The position numbers and the translations under genes were made by a program. Below are positions 22,456-37,245 of a DNA stretch of 64,000 bases, one piece after another. The stretch covers positions 3,286,001 through 3,350,000 of the forward strand of contig NC_081396.1 in NCBI RefSeq assembly GCF_030684315.1, in the 5' to 3' direction. The stretch's first letter is position 1. The number at the start of each line of letters is the position of its first letter. The notes under the pieces are model-generated. The model saw only the letters and a list, made by a program, of their open reading frames with translations. It made no database searches and had not been told where the DNA came from. Source of the stretch: Stegostoma tigrinum. Taxonomy: Eukaryota.

Positions 22456-25400
22456 GTCCGCCTCGCACAGAAGGGAATGGGGTATTGGAGGAGACTGTTA
22501 TTCATTGGGGACTCAATAGATAGAGGGACTGATAGAAAGTTTGTTGGGAACGAAAGGGTTGGTGTGTTGCCTCCCAGGTGCTAAGGTCCGTGATGTCCCA
22601 GGTCTTGATTTTGGGGTCCTGAAGAGAGAGAGTGACCAGCCCCAAGTCGCGTTCCACAGGTACCAACGACATAGGTAGAAAGTGGGATAGGGATGTCAGG
22701 CAGGATTTCAGCGAGTTAGGATTGAATCTGAAAGCTATAACAATCAGAGTGGTTATCTCTGGCTTGTTACGTGTGCCATATGATAGGGAGGCGAGGAACA
22801 GGGAGAGAAATCAGTTGAACATGTGGCTGCAGGGATGGTGCAGAACGCAGGGTTTCATATACATGGATAATTGGGGCTCATTCTGAGCAAGTTGATACCT
22901 CTACAAACAGGACGGTATCCACTTGAACCAGAGGGGTACTAATATCCTGGGCAGGAAATTTGCGAGTATCGTTCGGGTGGATTTAAACAAGCTCAGCAGG
23001 CGGACGGGAAACTATTATGTAGTTCCAGTACGCAGGAGGATGAGAGTAGGGAGGACATGGACATGATTTCACTGTCACAGGCGTGTCCTGGCAGACAGCA
23101 AGCTGGTTTAAAGTGTGTCTAATTCAATGCCAGGAGTATCTGGAATAAGGTAGGTGAACTTGTAGCATGGATAGGTATGTGGGACTTCAATGTTGTGGCC
23201 AGATCGGAGACATGGATAAAGCAAGTTCAGGAATTGATGTTACAGGTTACTGAATTTAGAGCTTTCGTAAAGGTTAAGGAAGGTGGTAAAAGAGGGGGAG
23301 GTATCGTTTTGTTAGTCAAGGACAGGAGAACGGTAGCTGAAAGGACTTTTGACGAGGACTTGTCTACTGAGGTGGTATGGGCTGAGGTCAGAAACAGGGG
23401 CGGAGAGGCCACGCTGCTGGGAATTTATTTATTGGCCTCTGCAAAGGTCCAGGGATGTGGTGGAGAGGATTGGCAAAACGATTCTGGGCAGGAGTGAAAA
23501 GAACAGGGTGGTCATTATGGGAGACTTTAACTTCCCCAAACTTGACTGTAAACACTATAAATCTAGCACATTGGATGGATCAGTTTTCATCCAATGTGTG
23601 TGGGACAGTTTCTTGACACAATATGTCGAAGGGCCGACAAGTAGGGAGGCCACACTGGATCTAGTACTAGGTAATGAACCAGGCCAGTTGTTTGATTTAG
23701 TGGTAGGTGAGCACTTTGGAGATAGTTACCATAGTTCGATTACGTTTAGTTTAGCGATGGAAAGGGTAGGAACATGCCACAGGGCAAGAGTTATAGATGG
23801 GGGAAGGGCAATTATAAAGCGATTAGGCAAGACTTAGGGGGCATAGAATGGGGTAGCAAAATGCAGGGGATGGGGACAATCGAAATATGGAGCTGGTTTA
23901 AGAAATATTTCTTGCGGGTCCTTGATAGGCATATCCCTGTCAGGCAGGGAGGAATTGATAAGGTAGGCGAACCATGGTTTACTAAAGAAATTGTATCTCT
24001 TGTTAAGTGGAAGAGGGAGGTTTATGTGACTTTGAGACAAGATGGTTCAGAGGAGGCAATGGAGAGTTACAGGTTAGCTAGGAAGGATTTAAAGAGAGAG
24101 TTAAGAACAGCAAGGGGGGGGGGGGGACATGAGCAGACATTAGCAGGTAGAATAAAGGAGATCCCTAAAGCTTTCTATAGGTATGTGAGGGATAAGAGGA
24201 TGACTAGTGTAGGAATACGGCCAGTCAAAGACGGAAGTGGGAAGTTGTGTGTGGATCCTGTGGAGATTGACGAGGTGCTTAACGAATATTTCTCATCTGT
24301 TTTCACTCAGGAAAAGGAGAGTATCATGGAGGACAAGATTGAGTTACGGGCTATTAGAATTGAAAGGATTGAGGTCAGTAAGGAGGAAATGTCAGCAATT
24401 CTAGAAGGTGTGAAGGTAGGTAAGCCCCCTGGGCCAGATGGGATTTTTCCGAGGATTCTCTGGGAAGTGAGGGAGGAGAAGGCGGAGCCTTTGGCCTTGA
24501 TTTTTGAGTCATCATTGTCTACAGGTTAATACCAGAGGACTGGAGGATTGCAAATGTTGTGCCCTTGTTCAAGACGGGCAGTAGAGATGACTCAGGTAAT
24601 TATAGACCAGTAAGCCTTACTTCTGTTGCAGGAAAAGTTTTGGAAAGGATTATAAAAGAAAGAACTTATAATCATCTGGCAAGCAACAATGTGATTGGAG
24701 ATAGTCAAAATGGATTCGTCAAGGGCGTTGCGTCTCACAAACATCATTGAGTTTTTTTGAGGGTGACCAAGCATGTGCATGAGGGTCGGGCAGTTGACGT
24801 GGATTAGAAACTGGCTTTCTGTAAGACGGCAATGAGTGGTGGTTTATGGAAAATATTCAACCTTGACTCCAGTTACTAGTGGTGTGCCTCAAGGATCTGT
24901 TTTGGGACCACTGCTGTTTGTCATTTTTATAGATGACTTGGACGCAGGCATAGGTGGATGTGTTAGTAAGTTTGCAGATGGCAGTAAAGTCGGTGGAGTG
25001 GTGAACAGTGTGAAAGAATGTTGCAGGTTGCAGGGAGTCTTGGATAAACTGCAGAATTTGGCTCAAAGGTGGCAAATAGAGTTCAATGCGGATTAATGTG
25101 AGGTGATTCACTTTGGGAAGAATAATAGGAAGGCAGGATGAAAAGATTCTTAGTGTGGATGCGCAGAGGGATCTTGGTGTCCATGTACATAGATCCCTGA
25201 AAGTTGCCACCAAGGTTGATAGTGCTGTTAAGAAGGCATATGATGTGTTAGGTTTTATTGGTAGAGGGGATTGAGTTCCGGAGCCGTGATGTCATGCTGC
25301 AACTGTACAAAGCACTGGCGCGGCCTCACTTGGAATATTGTGTACAGTTCTGGTCGCCCCATTATAGGAAGGATGTGGAAGCATTGGAAAAGGTGCAGGG

Positions 25401-25858
25401 GAGATTTACCAGGATGTTGCCTAGACTGGAACGAATGTCTTATGAGGAAAGACTGAGGGACTTAGGTCTGCTCTCATTGAAGAGGAGGAGGCTAATAGGG
25501 TATTTAATAGAGACATACAAAATGATCAGAGGATTAGATAGGGTAGGCAGTGAGAGTCCTTTTCCTAGGATGATGATGGCATCTTGTACGAGGGGGCATA
25601 GCTGCAAATTGAGGGGTGACAGATTTAAGACAGATGTCAGAGGCAGGCTCTTTACTCAGAGAGTGGTAAGGGCGTGGAATGCCCTGCCTGCCATTATAGT
25701 TAACTCAGCCACATTCGGGGCATTTAAACCCTCCAGGGATAAGCATATGGATGATGATGGGATAGTGGAGGGGGATGGGCTTAGATTAGTTCACAGGTTC
25801 TTAGCAACATTGAGGGCCGAAGGGCTTCTTCTGTGCTGTATTGTTCTATGTTCTATGT
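22456..25858 (+). mobile_element. Near-full-length CR1 LINE (ORF1 esterase-like + ORF2 EN/RT), inactivated
   Basis: ORF1 remnants IGDS..CCLPGAKV..GTND..DGIHLN (22490-22990). ORF2 motifs FNARS, IMGDFNFP, LDLVL, PGPDG, NYRPVSLTS, GVPQGSVLGP, KFAD(G), RPHLEYCVQFWSP. Stops, frameshifts and an internal deletion near 24800; (TTCTATG)n tail. Confidence 0.93.
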
Positions 25859-26354
25859 CAGCAACCGGTTTCCAGTTCTGCGCAAGGACCACCCGTCTGA
25901 AAATGTTAAGTCTGCTTTTCTTTTATCACAGATGCTGCCAGACCTGTGGGCTTTTCCAACAACGTTGTTTTTTCCCCCCTGATTTGTTGCTTTCACAGCT
26001 CTTTCGGGTTTATTTTTCGGAGTAGGAAGTCCAATTATCCGTGAAAAATGAATGAAAGGAAAGCCTGAAATGAAAAAAAATGTTAATTCTACTGGCAACA
26101 ATGTAACCAGTGTCATTCGAAAACACAAAAATAGCCTGTTTGACCATGTCCATTACCAAGGAAATCTGTAGGCATTACTTGGTCTGGCCTTCATGTCACT
26201 CCAGACGCACAGTAAAGTAATTGCCTGCATTCTGGAGGGGCAGTGGCAAACTACTGAATGGGTGACTTGGGATAATGACGCATTATTGCCGAGACAGCAA
26301 TGTCGACATTCCATAATTTAATAAAATAAAATATGAACGTGACTAAACCTCAAT

Positions 26355-28715
26355 AAACAATATCAATTAATTTAAATTGCAGTGGCAGGTCCTAATGTCC
26401 TTTCAAGCATTTTTAATGGAAATTCTGACACGAACTTTGAGCTGTATTGAGTTCTTGGATATGTTTTGGTCAAAGCGGATTAAAGTGCAATGAACTGAAC
26501 GTTCAAAGTAAATCCAATTGCACAGAAGCGTTTACTTAAGTGTGGCTTCAAAATATTCATGACTGAATTCCTAACCAAAATTAAACTGATAAAATTCGAG
26601 CCTACTGTTTGGAAATAAATGGCATTTGTTGCATTTAATGTGCAAGAAATTTGCATTCATTTCAGCTAACTGTCAACATTCTTAAAATGAACTTGTTTCG
26701 ATTTGAAACTTACCGATAAATAACTTCGATCAACTACATTTGTCTCCATCAGCACTTCTTTTAAACTGCTGAAGCGTTTATGCAAATAAATGCAGAAATA
26801 GAACTCTCAGAATAGATTGTAGAGCAACAAAAACACAATTTATCATTTCCCACAAAACAGCACACTCTTTGAACATGAATTGACGTGAATGTGTTTTAAC
26901 ACACATTGTTTTATGAGTATACAATCAAAGTCATATCAATTTTCACCATTAGCCAAAACATGCATCTCGAATTGCAAGCTACATTGGAACAGACAATGCT
27001 TCTATCTCTGCCTTTGTCTGTCTCTCTTTCGCACTTCCATCCGGTTTTCACTCCTCAATTCTTTGTTGAGTACTGACGTGTTTTGCTGATCCACCATCGG
27101 AAAATGTTTTCCTCCATAACATGAAGTTGATGTACAAATATCATATCCTCTCAGTCCAACTAATGCGTCGACATTCGAGTCTCTTGAGGAAGGTTTTCTC
27201 GAAAAACTGTCTTTGAGTATCCAGCAATCTTGAATTGCTTAACTGGAACGGATGGACTGGCCTTTAAACAGGATCTAATCTGTCATGTGTTGAGAATGTG
27301 AGGCTTTACTGTGATAGTGTTAAAATGGCTTTTCATTGTGTCTCATCAGTATTTCTAAAAGCTGAAGAATGTTTGATGGCTCAGTGCAATGCTCGATTAG
27401 TCTATTATTAATCTTTCCTGCATATCTCATGGAATGTTGAAAATTAAAGTGAATTGGGTATTTACTCCTTATTGAGAATGTGGTGCACATGCCCGAGGAG
27501 TGTTTGCGTTAAAGGGAATGTTGAAAGCAGTTCGACTCTGCATCTAAGTCAGATTATATTTGACTTGATTGTGTTAATATGAATAAAATAGAGGAATATT
27601 TCTTCTCAACATACTGTGTCCGTGCAATCACTACCAGCATCTGATGCAACAATGTAAAGACTTCTTTAAATCCTGCCATTGTTTTCCTGGTTTCGCCATG
27701 TTTGATATCAGAAACAACAGGGAAATATTCCCGCATCAAACGTTTACATTACAGAGTTCTGTCTTGTGTTTGTAGAGCTACATGATATATGAATGTATAA
27801 CATGTGTACATCTCATGCCTAAAGGCCAATCGTGTGTGACATAGGGTAGTTTATGCGATTTTGATCTGCCTTTAACCTTATCTCTTTGTTTTGCTTTGTT
27901 TGACGAATATTCAACAACAGTAAAGGTATATAGGTTTAGTTGTTACATTCGAGAAAGGATGCAATCTCACCAAAGTGGGAGAGGGAAGATCTATGGATGA
28001 TGTTAGGAGGAGTTTATTTTTCAAGAGGAAGTGAACGTGAAGAGCCTCGTATGTTCTTGTAAAACATGAAACTCAGGATAAATATGAAACAGGATTATCA
28101 TAATTCTCACTGATCAACTTAGAGCAAATGCCATTTTTAATGCCAGAAGAATCGGAACCAGAAGTAAGTATTCTTCCGATGGAGATTTTTCTTCCATTCA
28201 ATGACATCATGTTTGAACATTTAATCCTCACCTCCACATTTCAGCCTTGTCCTCACGTGCATTGATTCCATTACCAATTCAAAATCTGTCCTTTTCGCCC
28301 TTGAAAACACACAACAAACCAACCAAAAATTTCTTCTACAATAAAGAATTCCGCAGATTCACGATATTTTGGGAGAAGAAATTCTCAACTGCCTTAAATT
28401 TGTGACCTCTAATTCAGAAACCATTCCCTTTGCTCCAAAACTCTTTCACAAAAGGAAATAGCATTTCTAAAACAATAAAGCACCTGAACACAAAGAAACA
28501 CATCTTTCAATATGTCAACATTCAATATTCTACATTCTGTTGAGAACAGGCCCTGAAATACTCAATCTTCACTCACAAGACAGTCCCCACATCCTCGGGA
28601 TCATTCTACTGAATCACATGTCGATGACCTCGCATTCGATTGGACCTTCTTTTTGATCCAAGGCCCAAAGCAGTTCCCAACTTTCCATCTGTTGTGTGAC
28701 GACTGCTTGTATAGT
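26355..28715 (+). repeat. Copy B of the local duplication (paralog of 15205-18710 without the Penelope insert)
   Basis: See copy A. Contains perfect octamers at 26649-56 and 26780-87. Confidence 0.85.
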
Positions 28716-28739
28716 TTTAACAAGGTGTGTAGTTTCACA

Positions 28740-29054
28740 GAAACGTATTATGAGAAGAAAACCTTTCAGGATAATTTATTTGCACCGATGAGATGTCCCA
28801 TTCTAATTGAATACCACTAGTAAGCATTTGGTCCAGATTCCCCTAAATTATTCGTTTTCATGTTCCCATCCAGGTTCGTTGTAAATTTTGTAATTCTATA
28901 CATCTACATCACATTCTCTGGCAGCCCCTTCCACAGACGCAGCACCCTTGGCGTGAAAATAAAATTAACCAGTAGATCCTTTATAAACATTTCCCCTCTC
29001 ACCTTATTAGAATGATCTCGATTTTCGTACTCACACACGCCAAAACGCCAAAAT

Positions 29055-29107
<53 letters not shown>

Positions 29108-30140
29108 AACTATCAGGTCACCCGTCAAACATCTACGATAAAAGCCACAGTCTACTCAGCCCCTCCCTTTGTTAAAATCTCCAGTTCCAGAACATGGGAT
29201 AACTTTGTCAAACATTTTTCAGGAGAACACAGAGTAATTTTAGAAATGCATTTCGGACAACAGATTAGCTGGTGAGATATTAGGACCCCCAGAAGATTAG
29301 CAAGGTGATAGGCCAGAAGAAGGTTGTCAAATTTGGAGGGTTTCAACTACAGGGAGAGTCTGATCGGCTGAGACTATCTTCCATGGAGCGTCAGAGGCTG
29401 AGGGGTGAACTGATAAAGGTTTATTAAATCATGACGGGCATGGATATAGTGAACAGACAAAGTCGTTTCCCCGCTATAGGAGTGTCACAAAACCAAATGA
29501 CGTAATTTTAAATTGGGAGCACAAAGATTTGAAAGAGACCGAAACAGCAACTCTTACCCGCAGAAGTGGTGCACGGACAGAATGATCTGCCGAAGGAATT
29601 GATTGAAGCTGGTGTCATTGAAACATTGAAAATGCATCTGGATGGGGAGACAATGAGAAGATTTTGTACGGATGTACGCGAAATGCTGGCAAAGAAACCC
29701 GATTAATTTAGAATATTTGATCAGCACAGCCAAACTGGAGCGAAGTGTCTGCTTCTGTGTTGTTCATTTCTATCAATCTACGACTTAATACAGTCTCTTC
29801 TTATAATTCAGAACTTCCATTCCCACAATATCCTGATAAATCATTTCTCCACACTCTCCAGCCTGATAACATATCCCCTATAATCAGGTGACGAGAACAG
29901 GATACTGTCCAGCAGCAGAGGACTCATCAGCCTCCCGTAGAAAGTCAATATCGATTTGCGCCTCCAATATTCAAAAGTCTGAGAAATGAAGGCATGCATG
30001 CTTAACGCCTTCTTAACCATTCTGACATCATGTGAAACAAACATCAAAGAATATGTCTTTCTGCACTAAAATACCACATAAAGCACCAGTTTCACGGTAA
30101 AACAAAATGGCCTAGTTGTTTTACCAAAACACTATACCTT
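28740..30140. mobile_element. Cluster of degenerate CR1 3' fragments in both orientations
   Basis: Plus-strand RLRGELIKVY segment at ~29395; reverse-complement CR1 3' segments on either side. Confidence 0.65.
29055..29107 (+). repeat. (TA)n microsatellite
   Basis: Long TATATA run inside a CR1 fragment. Confidence 0.95.
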
Positions 30141-30154
30141 GAATTGAAATTAAA

Positions 30155-33100
30155 AGAACACAGAACATAGAACAGTACAGCACAGTACAGACCCTTCAGG
30201 CAATGATGTTGTGGCGACCCGTTTTACCATTGAGATCAATCTACTCTGCATACCCTACATTTTACTCTCCTGTATATGCACCTATCCAAGAGTCGCTCAT
30301 AATTTTCCAGAGTGCCTGACTCCACTGCCACTGTTGGAGGCATATTCTACGTGCTCACCACTCTCTATGTGAGAAATTACCTCTGATGTCTTCTCTATCT
30401 TCCTCCAATCACCTTACAATTTTGCGCCCTCATAATAATCATTTCCACGTTGGAAAAAAAAATGTCTCTGACTATCCACTCTATCTATGCATCCCATCAT
30501 CTTGCACACCTGTAATTAGTCACCTCTCAAACTTCTTTGCTTCACTGGAAAAAGCCCTAGCTCCTCAAGCTTTCATCATAAGATATGCCTTTCAGTCCTG
30601 GCAGAATCCTGGTCAACCTCCTTTGTACACTCTCTGAAGATTCCACATCTTTCCTGTGATGAGGTTGACCAGAACTGAACACAATACTCCAATTGTGGTC
30701 CCAACGGTGTTTTAAAGTGCTGCTGCATAATTGAACGGATGTGAAACTCTAGGCCCCTGCAAAATGAAAGCCAACACATCACACACCTTCTTTACAACCG
30801 TATCAAATTTACAACAACTTTTAGGGAACAATGAACATCGACCCCAAGATCCCTCTGTTCCTCCACACTGTTGAGAACCCTGTCATTATGCCCGCATTCT
30901 GCATTTAAATTCTACCTTTCAAATTGAATCACTTCACATTTTACTGGGTTGAATTCCCTCTACCATTTCTTTGCCCAGCACTGTATTCTGCCAATGTTCT
31001 TTTGCAACATACAACAATAGCCCTCCATGTTGTCCACAACCCACCAAACGTCGTGTCATTAGCACACCTATTGACCCACCCTTCCACTTCATCATCCAAG
31101 CCATTTGTAAAGATCACAAAACACAGGTCTCCCAGAACAGATCCTTGGGGAACACCACTGGTCACCAAGCTCCAGGCTAAATACTTTCCATCTACTAAAA
31201 TCCTCTGTCTTCTGTTGGACAACTAGTTTTGTATCCAGACAGCTAGATGCTGCTGATTCCCCTGCCTCCTTACTTTCTGAATGAGTCTACCATTTGGGCC
31301 ATTGCCACATGCCTTGCTAAATTCTATACATAACACATCCAATATTCTACCTTCATCAATGTGTTCTTTTCACATCCTCAAAGAATTCAATAAAGCTTTT
31401 GAGGCATGGCGTGCCCCTCACATAGTCAGGTTGACCATTTGATATCAAACTGCTATTTTCCAAATAACCATAAATGCTGTCTCTCAGACTCTTCTCTAAT
31501 AAACTGTCCACCACAGAAGGAAGGCTGACCGGTCTGTAATTTCTAGGATTATCCCTATTACCTTTGTTGAACAATGGGATGACGTCTGCCACCCTCCAAT
31601 AATCTGGTACTGCCCCAGTGGACAGTTACGATGCGAATACCATTGTCAAAAGGGCAGAAATCGCTTCCCCCGCTTGCTGTTATAATCTTGGTTCTATCCC
31701 TTATGCCCCAGGAGACTTATCTGTACTCATGATTTTCGAAAGGTCCAGCATATCCTCCTTCCTAACATCAACCTGTTCGAGCATATCTGCCTGTTTCATG
31801 TGATACTCACAAAACTCAACGATCCACTCCGTGGTAGATACTGAAGCAAAGTGCTCATTAAGAAGCTCAGCCACCTCCAGCCGATTCCATGCGCAGGTTC
31901 ACGCCACTATCCCTGAATGGCCCTATCCTCATTCTGGCTATTGACTTGTTTCTCATATAAACGTAGAAAGCCTTGTGATTTTCCTTGATCCTAATCGTGA
32001 ATGTTTTCTTGCACATGCTTGAAGCTCTCAAACGTGCATTCTTCAATTGCTTTTTGGTTACCTTGTAGACCTCAAAAGCACAACCCGAATCTTGCTTCCT
32101 AAACCATAAGTAATTTATCTGCTTAAAGTTGATTTGCCACTCCCCGGTCCACAATCTCAATCAATCAAGATATTTTAATAATCTTGGGTTTTTTTCACTG
32201 TCAACTATAAGACCTATTTTGGTGCCATCCACAAACATACTAATCATGTCTTCTATATTTTCATCGAAGTCTTTCACATAAATGATGAACAAAAACGGAT
32301 CCAGCACTGAACCTTATTGCACACTAATCGTGACAGACTTCCATTCTAAAGAAAAACAACGCTCCACTGAATGGTCGAGACCGGAAAAGTCAGCCTTTCT
32401 GCTCTTCTTATGCTGCTTGGCCTGCTGTGTTATTCCCGCTCTACACCTTGTTATCTCCACCACCATCTTTTACTACTGCCATTAAGCGAATTTAACATCA
32501 AATTGGCAACCTCACCCTGAATCATAACATAGCTAATAGGTCGACCAAACGGAAACTTGTCAAAGTATTTAAAAAAGTACAAGTCAACACAATCTACAGC
32601 TCTGCCCCATCAATGCTTTTGGTTACTTCCACATTAAACTGAATCAATATTTTGAGGCAAGATTTTCCACGCAAATGTCATGATGACTATCTCTAATCAG
32701 TTCTTGCTGTTCCAGATGCATGCAAATCCTGTCCCTCAGAATCCAACAACTCACCCATTACTGTCTTACAGCTCACCAGTCTGTTGTTCTCTCGATTTTC
32801 CATCTTGCCTTTCCTATTTAAATAGTAGTACTACATGAGCCACAATCCAGGCATCCTGCATCTCACCTGTGGCTATCTATGGTACGTACATCTCAGTAAG
32901 GGGCCCAGAAATCTCTTGCCCAGATTTCCATAAAGCTCTAGGGAGCACCTCATCATTTTCCTAGTTTCCTAGTTCCCGAGTTTCCACTCCCCTCTCCACA
33001 GTAAATTCCAACACAAAATATTTTGTAGAACCTTATTCATCTCCTCTGGTTCCACGCATAGACGGCCACGTTGTTCTTTAAGGGTCTCTATTTTCTACCT

Positions 33101-34500
33101 AGTCACGGAATTGTCCTTAATGTAATCACACAAACTTTGAGATTCTCATTCTTTCCATTTACCATTCCATCGCATGTCCGCTTTTGTCCTCCCAAGATTT
33201 CTCTCATATAAACTTCGACTATCATTATATTCTTCTCAATACACGCTCGATCCGAACTATCCATATCTCATAATTGCCCTCCTTTATTTGGCTGGAGACT
33301 CAAATTATCTCCTCATCTAGGATTCCCTACACCGAGCAGCCTTACCCTTTACACAAACAAGTAAGAGCTGGATCTGAACTCTCGTTATCTCATCCTCAAA
33401 GTCCTCCGGCTACCCAATCATTCCTTTTGAATGTCGTCTCTCAATCAATTTCGCAAAGTTCCTGCATCAAGCTATCAAAATTAGCCTCATTCTAATTCAG
33501 AACTTTATTTTTTAAGCAGTTCTCTCGTTTTCCTTAACTGTTTCAAAACTGATAGAATTGTGATCACTTGCCCCAAAGTTCTCCACAAAGACTTCCATTA
33601 ATTGACCACTGTTACATCCAGACTGAACGTCAAACAAAATTTCTTCTCCAGTTGGTACAATCACATATTGAATAAGAACGTTTTCTTGTACACAGTGTCA
33701 ATTTCCTCAACATCCGAGCTCTCAATTGGGTGACAGTCTCATTCTGTGTGTGGAAAGTTAAAACCCTGGACCATTCTGCTACTTTTCTTACAGATACCTG
33801 CGATCCACTTACATATTTGCTTCTGATTTTCCCACAAACTGTTTGTCGGCCTCTAATAAAAACACAACAAAATAATAATCTTCTCTCATTTTAAAATTGA
33901 ACCAAATGACTTTATTGGTCAGTTTCACAGCAATATCTCCACGTTGTACAGCTGTAAAGTTCTCACAAAATAGAAGAGCCACTCCTGCTCCTGTCTTGCT
34001 TCCCATTTTGTCCTTACGAGAGACATACCTCTGGAACATCAACTGCCAGTCCTGTCCATCTCTGAGGCATTTTGTTCTAATTGAGATCTTCCCAGTCATG
34101 CCTTCAGCCCATCTGAATTCTCACTCAGTCCTGCTGCTTTCAAATAACTCTGGTTAAATTTATCAGTCTTACTTTATCTCTGTCAATCTCTTGTTGTTTT
34201 TGACTATTAAATTGCTCATATTACCTACTGCACTGGTCTCAGCCTTACTTTAATCTCACTATTGCCATGGTTCCCACCAGTGCCATACATTCCCCTGACT
34301 AACTTAAAGCCTCACAAGTAGTGAAAGCACATTCCCCTTCAAGTATATTGGTCCTCTTCCAATTCAGCTGGAGCCCTTCCCTCTCACACAGGTCATTTGT
34401 ACCACTGAAGAGACCCAAATGGTTCAAAAAGGCGAATCTTGTCCCCTGCAAGACATAATCAGCCACACAATCACGTGCCCTATCCTTCTATTCCTGCCCT
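30155..34500 (-). mobile_element. Nested minus-strand CR1 LINE ORF2 copies
   Basis: Tail agaacatagaacagtacagcac at 30155. ORFs show QLEYCVQFWS, SGVPQGSVLG, PLFNKGNRDNPRNYRPVSL and KAFYVY, with endonuclease remnants at 33.7-34.1 kb. Confidence 0.85.
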
Positions 34501-36289
34501 CAAAGGTATATTAGATACAAAATAAAGGCCAAAACTAATTTTGCCTTCCTTATGAATGGGTGTGAAATTAAAAAGTTAGATTTTTTTGTGATTTAAGGAC
34601 CAGGACATGCAAATGTGTTGTGTTGATTTCTGAATTCATTTCATATTTCAATAATGTTAAGCCACTCTGTTTTACCTCTCAAACTGCATGATCTCACTTT
34701 TTCCATCTATTCTCAGTTATTTCATCTGTTTGGCATGAATATGCCAAGTTTTTATTTTCATATTTTGCTGACTCTCAGGTACAGCCAATATCCCTCAACA
34801 ATTTTTTTGTGTCATATTCACCATTTCCCTTTTCTGATATTGTTGTTTCATTTGCAAACTTACCAACAACACATTGATTTTTCTCATGTAAGTCATTATC
34901 GTATCTTTCAATTATTTGTGCACCAAACACTGATTCCTGTGATGCTACCTTCGTCAGAAGTTGACATCCTGTGAAGTAAAATTCTAAATCTAAATATCTT
35001 TCTACTTTGATTTTAGCAATCCTCTGTCCACATTAATGTACTGCCCCCAAAGTCACGGGCTCCTAGCTGGTTAAGTTATCATACGTGTGGCACCGTATCT
35101 AATGTCTTCAGAGAATCTCAGCATCTTGAAAGTCCTGATCCCTCCTTCTATTGTATTCTACGTTGTCAAATCTTTCTACGTTATTTATCAGGCAAAATTT
35201 CACTTACATAAAACTATTTTCTGTCCTCTTGATTATGCTATGTAATATTGAAATGGACTGTGGTTACTTTTATCAGTAAATGAAGTTAAACAAAATGGCG
35301 TTCCTCACCCTTCATGTTGCCCTCTTCTTTTTAAATAAAGGTGTTATCATTCATCAGAGTCTTTTCCGAAATTTTATTACTGCTGTAAAATTAAACCCAG
35401 CATAACAAACGCTTCTGTCATTTTTTAAAATCCTTGATTCGATCTCATTATTTGCTATGCACTCAGTCATATTTAGTTCTATTAATTTATGTGCTTCTTT
35501 TCCCCCAGTGAAACTTTCTTTGTTGTATTCCTCACCCTTATTTGGCCCTTCCATATTCAGTCATTTTGGAATTCTACTGTGAAGGCAGATGCACAGTATT
35601 TTTTCAAAATGTCTATTTCAAAATTGTTCCGAAATATGCATTCTGCAGCTCCAATCATGAGGGCGCTATGTTCACTTTGGCCCTTCTTTTCCTTTCTATA
35701 TATTTTAGGAAGCGTTTGCTGTCTGTTTTAATATTATCTGCAATTTTAATTTCAATATTTTCCTCCTCACGCCTCATTAATTTTTTGTTTGCCTTTTGAT
35801 ATTTCTTCAAACAATCTGAATACTCTCCTGACCTATCATAATGATGACATTTAATGTAATGCCTCTTTATTATTTTTTTGATGTCTTTAACTTCCCGCCG
35901 TAACTGTAATAACTTGTTTCCTTCTGATAATCATTTCTTCTCACTGGGATATATCTTTGTTCTGAACCAGGAAATATTAAAATCTTAAAAGTATGCCATT
36001 GCTCTTCATACGTCTTTGCTGCGAAACTCGTTTGAAGTCCATTCCAGCAAGCTTGGCCCTCATTTCTTTGTAATTACTCTTCTGTAACTTGTTTCCAACA
36101 CAAGTTCCTGTCTCTCCAACTGAATGTGAAATTTTATTGTTCCAATCTAATCTTAGAGTCTGTCATTATTTACCAAATTTGCCTCTTTCTGCATTACTGG
36201 ATCCAACATGTCAAGTTATCAGGTTGGATGCATTACATATTGTTTGAGGAATCTGTCCCACATATGGCCACAGTGGACAGGTCTCTGGC

Positions 36290-37245
36290 AGTGAGCCTGG
36301 ACCTGCAAGACAGAAGTGAATGGGGTATAATCGGATAGCAATTGTTGTGCGGAATTCAATAGTAAGAGGCACAGAGAGGCAGATCTGTGAACGCGAACGA
36401 GATGAATAGAAAGTATGTTGCCTGTTAGGTGCCACGGTCTGTGACATCGTGGATTGCGTCACTCAAGTTTCTTAAGTGGGAAGGTGAGCAACCAGCAGTC
36501 ATGGTGCACATCGTTGCCAATGACAAAGGTAGAAAAAAGGACTGAGAATGTGAAAAATGAGTGCTGGGAGTAAGGTTGGAAGTTGAAGTCCGCAAAAAAT
36601 TCGTGGGCCTATCTCTGGATTACTACCAGTGCCACGTGATAAAGAGGTAAGGAATAGGAAGAGTATGCCTCTAAATAAGTGGTTACAGGGTTCATGTAGG
36701 AAGGAGGATTTCTATTATCTGAATAAGTGGATCATATTCTGGGGAAGGTGGGGCCTGTACAGAAAGGACGGGCTGGACCTGAACTGGAAGGGCACAAATA
36801 TCCTGGGAGGGAGATTTGCTCAAGTTGTACGGGATGGTTTAACCTAGATTGGCGGGGATGGGGAATGGGATATGTAATTCAGTGGACATGGTATTCAGCT
36901 TTCCAACAGACACAACAGGGAGTGAGTTTGTTAACAAAGATATACACTGGATGGAACAAAAGTGCGGACACAGGTATGGTTTATGGTGTGCATACTTCAA
37001 TGTTTGAAGTTTCAGAAATAAGGCGGATGAACTTAGAGCATGAGTCAGTACTTGAAAGTACGATGTTGTGGCCAATAGAGAAAGTTGGGTCACTCAGGGG
37101 CAGGAATAGTTTTTGGAAGTTCTGGGATTCAGATGAGAAAAAAGAAATAGGGAGGCTGGTAAGAGAGGCAGAGGAATGGCATTGTTAGTTTGGGCTGATA
37201 TAGCAGCTGCTGAATGGCACTTGGAGAATGATACGTCTACAGAAA
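36290..37245 (+). mobile_element. CR1 5' region (ORF1 esterase-like and start of ORF2), degenerate
   Basis: VRGTERQIC, VVHIxAND, ISGLLPVP and LYRKDGLDLNWKGTNILGG; similar to 22.5-23.3 kb. Confidence 0.8.
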
